64,000 nucleotides of DNA, taken from positions 1 to 64,000 of IMG/VR virus record IMGVR_UViG_3300023179_004209. One strand, 5' to 3'. The translations under genes were made by a program, and so were the position numbers. Numbering within the stretch: position 1 is the first letter of the stretch; each line of letters opens with the position of its first letter. Shown here in pieces: positions 49,729 through 56,416 of the stretch. The stretch is from a virus. Taxonomy: Duplodnaviria > Heunggongvirae > Uroviricota > Caudoviricetes. The notes under the pieces are model-generated. The model searched no databases. It was not told the origin of the DNA and saw nothing but the letters and a program-made list of their open reading frames with translations.

Positions 49729-49757
49729 ACTTTATATTATATCCTCCGAAATGTCAA
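49729..49757 (-). promoter_or_regulatory. Sigma70-like promoter
   Basis: TTGACA-N17-TAAAGT. Confidence 0.65.
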
Positions 49758-51760
49758 TGACTTTTTTCAAGAAACATTTTGTTCATCGTCTTGGCAACCT
49801 GTAAAAGGTTGTTGGGATTGATGAATGAAGCATTTGTTCCATACATTTTCTTAAACAACTCTACAGAGTTTGGATTAATATAATCATTATTCTTAATAAA
49901 ATAACTCAAAACAGAATATCCTTGACTTTTGATCTTTGTTACTTGTTTCTTTGTATGAATAGCAGCAGATTCTTGATTATAACTAATCCGATCACCATTC
50001 TGTGTGGTATAGTTCATAGCTGGTTCACCATCACTAAAATTCAGAAAATAATAATCTGACTCAATTGATGTTTCAGGCAAATGTTTCATAATTGCTTCAT
50101 ATGATAGTCCTTCTGGAGTAGATCCATTTGGATACAAATATGGAAACAATGTCTTAATCTTACTGATTTTATCTACAGCAGAATCATATCCAATAATTAC
50201 ATAAGGATTAGAAGAACAAGTACTATTACTAGAATTAAATGTAGTTCTAAATGATACAGTTACCCTTAAATTATCAATCATAGAAGCAGCCTTACAAATA
50301 GCTACAACACTAGTAATAGTCTTTATCCATTTGTCTCCTCTCATACTTGAGCTAGCATCCACAGAAATATGAATGTAGGAATGTTTATACTTTGAAACAT
50401 CAATTGTATGAAATACATTTTCATTATCAAAAGACAGTTCAGATAAAATTCTACGGTCAATCTTACCAACAGGCTTACGCATATACTTGGTATTATTAAC
50501 CTCACTGCGAATCTGTAGTTTGCGTCCAAGAGCCGCACCCATTACTAATCCAGCATTTACAGCCTTTTGGTTATCTTGATTAAGAACAGCAGTAGAATCA
50601 TAACGTCCAGTGTGATGATTGTATACAACATATTTCAATGGAAATACATCAGTCTCAATCAATTCTTTGGTCAATTTAGTTACAAGAATAGTATCAACAC
50701 TGTAGTATCCATCTGATTTGATATAATCAGAACCACTCTTTACCAGTGTCATTCCACTCTGTTCAATTGCGTCAAGAATCTTCTTCTCCTTTTTATTAAC
50801 CCTCTTCTTTTTAATATTACCATTCAAGAAATCTTTCTGTTTCTGAATAGCTTTCTTGATTTGTTTATTTTTACTATCTGATACATCAGGATCAAAACTA
50901 CTATCATTCTTTACATCATTTGGCACTGGATCTGTATTTTTTCCACCCAATGCATCATCTACTGATTCTCCCTCTCCATTTAATCCATCTCCTGATTCAG
51001 TACTATCTTTCTTTTTATGTTCAGTAATGTTACTAAGAATGATTTTAGCTACTTCCATAGCAACATTAAAACGGTCTTTTGGTGTAGTCAACCGTTGAAT
51101 ATTAGAAAGATTAATTACCTTAGCAATATCACGCAAACCAGGCAATGCATCCAAATCAGTGTATTCATTTGTAAAGTTAATCATACGAGTTTCATAACTT
51201 TCAATACAAGGTACACGATAAAGATTGCTCTGTAACATCACTTTAATCTTTGGACTATCAAAAAACTTCTCATACAATGCTAGATAATATCCACGATAAC
51301 CAGGAGCATTGTTATAAACATACCAATCAATATAACGGTCTTCTACATAGTTAAGACAGGTCTTAACCAAGACAGCTACTTCATCTTTGCTAATTTGAAG
51401 TGGTTGAGCCAAATCGTAAAGACTACGATCAACCTTTGTCCAAATAGTCTTAATCAAATCAAAATCAGACAATACAACATGACTACCTTCATGCAATGCA
51501 AGTCCTACAGCAGGATCAAAATCAGATTTATCCAAAATGTCTGCGGACAAATATACAGTCTTACCATCCGTACAATTATCTTTGCCTTCAGATGTAAAAT
51601 AAACAGGAACAGATTTGCCTGTCAAAATATTGACAAAGTTACTTACAGCACGGCGTGCTACAGCCAACTTAATTAGATTGAAGTTTACAGATGAACCCAC
51701 ATCAATATCATCTTGATAGATGTCATCATCATCCAACCAATAATCACTGTAATTACTCAT
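49754..51760 (-). CDS. VWA-domain protein with N-terminal HExxH metallopeptidase-like domain (CobT-like)
   Basis: GLALHEGSH, NYVEDRYID; MIDAS VDASSSM, TPE, FSDGEP. Confidence 0.82.
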   Translation of the reverse strand: MSNYSDYWLDDDDIYQDDIDVGSSVNFNLIKLAVARRAVSNFVNILTGKSVPVYFTSEGKDNCTDGKTVYLSADILDKSDFDPAVGLALHEGSHVVLSDFDLIKTIWTKVDRSLYDLAQPLQISKDEVAVLVKTCLNYVEDRYIDWYVYNNAPGYRGYYLALYEKFFDSPKIKVMLQSNLYRVPCIESYETRMINFTNEYTDLDALPGLRDIAKVINLSNIQRLTTPKDRFNVAMEVAKIILSNITEHKKKDSTESGDGLNGEGESVDDALGGKNTDPVPNDVKNDSSFDPDVSDSKNKQIKKAIQKQKDFLNGNIKKKRVNKKEKKILDAIEQSGMTLVKSGSDYIKSDGYYSVDTILVTKLTKELIETDVFPLKYVVYNHHTGRYDSTAVLNQDNQKAVNAGLVMGAALGRKLQIRSEVNNTKYMRKPVGKIDRRILSELSFDNENVFHTIDVSKYKHSYIHISVDASSSMRGDKWIKTITSVVAICKAASMIDNLRVTVSFRTTFNSSNSTCSSNPYVIIGYDSAVDKISKIKTLFPYLYPNGSTPEGLSYEAIMKHLPETSIESDYYFLNFSDGEPAMNYTTQNGDRISYNQESAAIHTKKQVTKIKSQGYSVLSYFIKNNDYINPNSVELFKKMYGTNASFINPNNLLQVAKTMNKMFLEKSH

Positions 51761-51776
51761 ATATTTTGACAGGCAA
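51615..51776 (-). repeat. Perfect 16-bp inverted repeat between the VWA 5' leader and its own coding sequence
   Basis: TTGCCTGTCAAAATAT (51615-51630) is the exact reverse complement of ATATTTTGACAGGCAA (51761-51776). Confidence 0.85.
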
Positions 51777-51791
51777 TGTTTTGTTTATTTA

Positions 51792-52763
51792 TTAGAACGG
51801 AGGTTGTTCTAGTGACTTAGCCAACGGATCTGAAAACAACTTGTCCTTAGTTTCAACCTTGACATACTTCTGGACCAACTGTTTTACATAAGTCCGTTCA
51901 CTGTCCATACCTCCTTCAACCGCAAAATTAGGATAAATGGCAGTCTCAGCAATTTCAAGCAAATTAAACCCATCCAAGATCAATTCTGAAATCTCAACCG
52001 TTGACCGTGTTGGAATAAAATTACTCAACTTGCTGTCTTCATTCTTGACTTGATCACGGGTATGAACAGCAATTTCAACAACCGCATTCAAAATATCAAG
52101 ATGATCAACATCGGAAATATTAAAACGGTTCTTTAGATAATTGAACTCAACTTCTTTGCTCAATGGACTCATTTCCAACTTGACAGGAAAACGACTCATC
52201 AAAGCACGATCCATAACACGGGTAGAAGTATACTCATTACCAATGTTAGCCGTACCAATGAAACATACACCTTCAGCTACATTAACCACTTCGCTATCCT
52301 TCTTTTCATCCAAACGTAGATAACGTTGTAGATCATCCAGAACAGTCATCAACACATTCCAAGCATCATGATGAGCACGGCTAACTTCATCCATCAAGAT
52401 TACAGCATTGGGAGTCTTGATTGCCTTAACAAATGCAGATTCATTAAAGTAAGTACCAGTATTCTTATCATAATGGGTATTACCAATAAGAGCACTACGA
52501 GCATCTTGGGTAGCACCAAGATTGAAATAAAAATATGGACGTTCTAGAGCCTTAGCTACAGTTTGTGCAGCCAATGTCTTACCACATCCAGTAGGACCAA
52601 CGATAAGAATATTCTTGCCACGCATTACACTACGTACAAGATATTTCCACTTAATTGAATCCATCACCAGAGAGGATGGTTTCAACTTGTCACAGTCCTT
52701 GATGAAGGACTTAACTTGAGCTGCGTCAACGGTTACAAGTTTCAGAGATGATTTATTCTTCAT
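51792..52763 (-). CDS. MoxR/CbbQ-type AAA+ ATPase
   Basis: GPTGCGKT, LIGN, LMDEVSR, TAN.G..Y, DRAL.SRF, TR. Confidence 0.88.
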   Translation of the reverse strand: MKNKSSLKLVTVDAAQVKSFIKDCDKLKPSSLVMDSIKWKYLVRSVMRGKNILIVGPTGCGKTLAAQTVAKALERPYFYFNLGATQDARSALIGNTHYDKNTGTYFNESAFVKAIKTPNAVILMDEVSRAHHDAWNVLMTVLDDLQRYLRLDEKKDSEVVNVAEGVCFIGTANIGNEYTSTRVMDRALMSRFPVKLEMSPLSKEVEFNYLKNRFNISDVDHLDILNAVVEIAVHTRDQVKNEDSKLSNFIPTRSTVEISELILDGFNLLEIAETAIYPNFAVEGGMDSERTYVKQLVQKYVKVETKDKLFSDPLAKSLEQPPF

Positions 52764-52775
52764 ATTACAGAAACC

Positions 52776-52804
52776 ACTCTACCACGGGCTTCTTTGAACG
52801 TCAA
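52776..52804 (-). promoter_or_regulatory. Sigma70-like promoter for the AAA/VWA operon
   Basis: TTGACG-N17-TAGAGT with TG extension. Confidence 0.65.
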
Positions 52805-52810
52805 CTCCAA

Positions 52811-52844
52811 AAATAAAAAAACTGCTAGTTTGACCTAGCAGTTT
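52811..52844 (-). terminator. Intrinsic terminator
   Basis: AAACTGCTAG/CTAGCAGTTT stem followed by a T tract on the minus strand. Confidence 0.8.
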
Positions 52845-52861
52845 CATGTTTAAACTTAATT

Positions 52862-53176
52862 TTAATGTCTATGCCAGTGACCATGATAATGTCCATGAAC
52901 AACTATCACTGGTGTTGGTTGATAATAATAAACAGGTTGTGGAACATATACAACTTGTGGTGCTGGTACATATTGTACAACAGGTGCAGGTTGAACTACA
53001 ACTGGCTGACTAACATATACAACTTGTGGTTGTGGAGGACATACAATCCTTTCAACTACATGAAGAGCAGCTACACCAGTAAGAACTTTACCAACAGTGG
53101 CCCACTCTCTGTCCCCGGCTTTTACATTGGTAAGTGCTACAAATGCAGCCAAACCCAATGCGATTTTATTTTTCAT
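52862..53176 (-). CDS. Exported Pro/Val/Tyr-rich protein (PQVVYV repeats, His-rich tail)
   Basis: Signal peptide, GDREWATVGKVLTGV, repeated PQVVYV, terminal HGHYHGHWHRH. Confidence 0.7.
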   Translation of the reverse strand: MKNKIALGLAAFVALTNVKAGDREWATVGKVLTGVAALHVVERIVCPPQPQVVYVSQPVVVQPAPVVQYVPAPQVVYVPQPVYYYQPTPVIVVHGHYHGHWHRH

Positions 53177-53177
53177 A

Positions 53178-53840
53178 TTATTTCTTTTTGTTTGATTTAC
53201 CCTTGAATGTCTTTTGTTTGACAGTCAATTTCTTATCAGTTTGTTTTGGATACTTATAAGAAGCTTTTTCACCTTTTACAGGAAAATCAGATAACTTTTT
53301 GATCTTTTCAACTGGTTTCAATGGTTGATCAGGTTGATCTTCTTTCTTTTCAACTTGATCTTTTACTTCAACCTTTTTAAGAGTATGTTCTGGACCTTCT
53401 TCTTTCTTAGATTCTTTGTCCTTATTGTTTTCAACATTCTTTAAGAATGCCTTTTGAACATAATTACCAACTGTAGTTTTTAGTGTTTCTGTAATAAATT
53501 CCTTTAATGCAGAAAAAGTTAGATTAAATTTTTTGATTCTGTCTGTGTTGTCTTTCATATAGGTTACTGTAAAATTGTCATCGGTCATTGGATAGATTTT
53601 AAAATGATGTGGATTACAAGAACATACATTGTAATAACCTGCGTCATCCAATGTTACTTCTGCATCTTTATACATCTTCTTTACGTCTTCGGCTAATTCT
53701 TCCATTTTGTAATGAAGAGATTCACCCTTTTCAATTTTTACATCTTTTAATGATTCTTGAATCAAATTTTTAACAGAGTTTTTTACTTTAACTTCAAGAA
53801 TACATTCTTTGATTAATTTTTTAAATTCGCTTATGTTCAT
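53178..53840 (-). CDS. Hypothetical protein (Lys/Glu-rich)
   Basis: 220 aa; MNISEFKKLIKECILE start typical of large-phage proteins; preceded by TATTTATA. Confidence 0.6.
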   Translation of the reverse strand: MNISEFKKLIKECILEVKVKNSVKNLIQESLKDVKIEKGESLHYKMEELAEDVKKMYKDAEVTLDDAGYYNVCSCNPHHFKIYPMTDDNFTVTYMKDNTDRIKKFNLTFSALKEFITETLKTTVGNYVQKAFLKNVENNKDKESKKEEGPEHTLKKVEVKDQVEKKEDQPDQPLKPVEKIKKLSDFPVKGEKASYKYPKQTDKKLTVKQKTFKGKSNKKK

Positions 53841-53858
53841 ATTTCTATATAAATATCA

Positions 53859-54641
53859 TTAAAAAAAAGATTGTTCATTGGTATTTTCAACTTTTATCTC
53901 CATTATATCTTCCTTATAACCACCTACTAGGGGGTAGGGGCGGGAGGGGTGCTTAAGTGACTTGGTTAACTTTTTATTTTCAATCTTATTTGATATAAAT
54001 TTAATATATCTATGTTTACCGCTTTCCTTTTTCCTCCAAAATGTTCTGCCAATTTTCAATTTCAATTTGTCCACGTTATGAGTCTTCCATTTTGAGTATA
54101 CAGTTCTGCTGTGTATCCAATCATAATCTGGTGGACCAGAAAGACTTACACTGTAATTAGGCATTAAAGCAACATCTACATAGTTATCTCCTTGATAAAT
54201 AAATCCCGTAGCTTGATAAATCTTACCAGTATGTCCAACTTCACTATCTGCATAACTTAAAATACACTTAATTTCTGGATAGTCTATGTTTATTTGTCTA
54301 AATGACTCAGCTATACAATAACTTTCTATATTCTTACCATACCCATCTTCAATCCATAATCTAGTTAATTCCAACACATTATCATTATTAAGTAATGGAG
54401 TAATGCTATTACTGGCATTTCTACCTACACTGTTTCCATATACTAATACACCAATTAATTTTGCGTTAAAACCACCAAAGAATGTACTCTCAACATATTC
54501 TTTATAATAAACACCATAAGCAACAGTACAAAGAGTCCATTTATGGGTATAATGGTTCTTTACAATAAGATTCTTCGCAATATTCTTGTTAATCGATTTC
54601 AAGAATACCAATGATGTATCACAATACTTTTCGTCTGTCAT
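53859..54641 (-). CDS. Mom-like GNAT-fold DNA modification protein
   Basis: HY.H, LIGV.VYG, LELTRLW, N.ES, LSYAD...GHTGKIYQATGFIYQG, K.RY. Confidence 0.8.
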   Translation of the reverse strand: MTDEKYCDTSLVFLKSINKNIAKNLIVKNHYTHKWTLCTVAYGVYYKEYVESTFFGGFNAKLIGVLVYGNSVGRNASNSITPLLNNDNVLELTRLWIEDGYGKNIESYCIAESFRQINIDYPEIKCILSYADSEVGHTGKIYQATGFIYQGDNYVDVALMPNYSVSLSGPPDYDWIHSRTVYSKWKTHNVDKLKLKIGRTFWRKKESGKHRYIKFISNKIENKKLTKSLKHPSRPYPLVGGYKEDIMEIKVENTNEQSFF

Positions 54642-54912
54642 ATAACCATATAAATGTTAAAATTGTACAATTCAGTATAATTGAACCAATACTATTAATA
54701 TATACCCATAATCCCGAATGACTTAGTTGAGCATACACAAGAACACATACTTGACCCATGTTATTTAACCAATATGCAGGTGCGCTCAATCCTTTACTAT
54801 CTTTGGAAGAAATCAATTTCCCTAATTGAAAACACGGTCCCAGTAGAAATAGGACCGTGAATGCAATACCTAAAATTGATTTTAAACTCATGCAACTACT
54901 ATACCAACTCAA
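54619..54912 (-). CDS. PQ-loop/SemiSWEET-like 3-TM membrane protein
   Basis: Three hydrophobic helices; P..Q..K....K.SKGLS; terminal N..G. Confidence 0.65.
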   Translation of the reverse strand: MSWYSSCMSLKSILGIAFTVLFLLGPCFQLGKLISSKDSKGLSAPAYWLNNMGQVCVLVYAQLSHSGLWVYINSIGSIILNCTILTFIWLYDRRKVL

Positions 54913-54913
54913 C

Positions 54914-55294
54914 TTACTTTGTCAATTTCTTTTTGACTGTACTTACTTTACTTTCTGCCAACTTTGAAATCAAATCATTTGCTGCATCTAATTTAATTTC
55001 CAATTCATTTAAATTATTCTTTAATTCCGAATTTTCTTTCTTCTGTTCTTCCAACTCTTTCTTTATAGATTCATTTTCTTTCTTATAGACATTTAATTCA
55101 CTTCTGATCGATTCTCTGTCTTTTCTACATTCTTCCAATTCTACTTTTACTTCGGTTCTTAACTTATCACTTGAATCATTAATTAACTTTACCAAATCAA
55201 CTTTAGTCTTCTTAGAAGCAATTCCATAAGTTACTACAGATGCAACTACAGCTGGTACAATTCCTATCAATGATAAAATAATATTTTGGTCCAT
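54914..55294 (-). CDS. N-terminal TM + coiled-coil protein (candidate holin/lysis-associated)
   Basis: Single hydrophobic helix followed by long heptad region; start codon buried in hairpin. Confidence 0.5.
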   Translation of the reverse strand: MDQNIILSLIGIVPAVVASVVTYGIASKKTKVDLVKLINDSSDKLRTEVKVELEECRKDRESIRSELNVYKKENESIKKELEEQKKENSELKNNLNELEIKLDAANDLISKLAESKVSTVKKKLTK

Positions 55295-55327
55295 AAGTTA
55301 TACACTATAAATATATAACTTATGGAC
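55289..55327 (-). promoter_or_regulatory. 14-bp perfect hairpin sequestering the start codon, with TATTTATA motif in its loop
   Basis: GTCCATAAGTTATA (55289-55302) / TATAACTTATGGAC (55314-55327); loop contains the motif at 55306-55313. Confidence 0.8.
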
Positions 55328-55345
55328 ATTATTTCAATTATTTTA

Positions 55346-56404
55346 TTACAATTTGAAGTCGTCAAATGCGTTCTCACTGATGGTATTATCCACCCCTTTT
55401 ACATAACTACTCAATTCAGTTTCTTGAGGAGCTACTTGTAGTTTCTTACTATCATAGTAACTGTCTAACCATCCAGCCAATGGGTTAACTTTAGCTGACG
55501 GATACAACTTCTTATATCCAAGACTTGATAGTCTGTTATTAGCCAACCATTCAATATAATGTTTCAAACTTTCAGCAGTCAATCCAATCAAACTACCCTT
55601 ACTGAATAGATAATCTGCCCAGTCTTTTTCTGCATTTACTGCCATTTCATATGCAGCATAGATCTTTTCTTCATTCTTAGCTACAATTTCTTGGAATCCT
55701 TCATCTGAATTATTGATCCAATTCTTCATAATGTTCTGAGTAATAGCAACATGTAGATTTTCATCTCTACTGATAAACTTAATAATCTTACTATTACCCT
55801 CCATCTTTCCACGATATCCAAAATAGAAACTACAAGCAAATGATACATAGAAGATCAACCCTTCAGTAATCTGAGTAGCTAATACTGCATCAAACAATTG
55901 TTGTTTAACATCATCTGATGGAGTTAGTAGTTCATCATACTTCTTACTGATTGCAGTAGCTCTCTTGACAATTTCTTCGTCATTCAAAATACTATCAAAG
56001 AACTTGGTAGCATCTGGATAAACATTGTTTAGAATGTATGTATAACTGTTACTGTGAATAGTTTCAAAGAAACTCCATGTATTCATGCAAATTTCCAATT
56101 CACTATTGGTAACATGTTTCATCAATTCATGAATACTACGACTCAACATGCTATCAGTCATAGTTTGAAACTTCAAATTACTATCAAATACAAATCGTTC
56201 TTCAGGTGAAAGATTCTTATAATCACTAATATCCTTTACCAAGGAAACTTCTTGAGGTCTCCAAAAGAAATTCAATTGTTGATCATATAGATCATAGAAC
56301 TTAGGATACTTGATCAGATCATATCTTTGTAGAGATAGATCTTCTCCCAAGAACATTGGATTTCTTAATTGGTCTATATTTTTCTTATTTAATACTGTTT
56401 TCAT
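55346..56404 (-). CDS. nrdB: Class Ia ribonucleotide reductase beta subunit
   Basis: FFWRPQE, QTMTDS, ETIHSNSY, EG..FY.SF, RDE.LH, APQETE. Confidence 0.95.
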   Translation of the reverse strand: MKTVLNKKNIDQLRNPMFLGEDLSLQRYDLIKYPKFYDLYDQQLNFFWRPQEVSLVKDISDYKNLSPEERFVFDSNLKFQTMTDSMLSRSIHELMKHVTNSELEICMNTWSFFETIHSNSYTYILNNVYPDATKFFDSILNDEEIVKRATAISKKYDELLTPSDDVKQQLFDAVLATQITEGLIFYVSFACSFYFGYRGKMEGNSKIIKFISRDENLHVAITQNIMKNWINNSDEGFQEIVAKNEEKIYAAYEMAVNAEKDWADYLFSKGSLIGLTAESLKHYIEWLANNRLSSLGYKKLYPSAKVNPLAGWLDSYYDSKKLQVAPQETELSSYVKGVDNTISENAFDDFKL

Positions 56405-56416
56405 TTTATCCTCCTA

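Noticed and set aside
49754-52763. Cobaltochelatase CobS/CobT for B12 synthesis
   Set aside because: No CobN or other cob genes; a generic MoxR/VWA pair is more parsimonious.
52910-53040. DNA repeats ACATATACAACTTGTGG in the Pro/Val-rich gene as an array
   Set aside because: Only two copies, explained by the PQVVYV peptide repeat.
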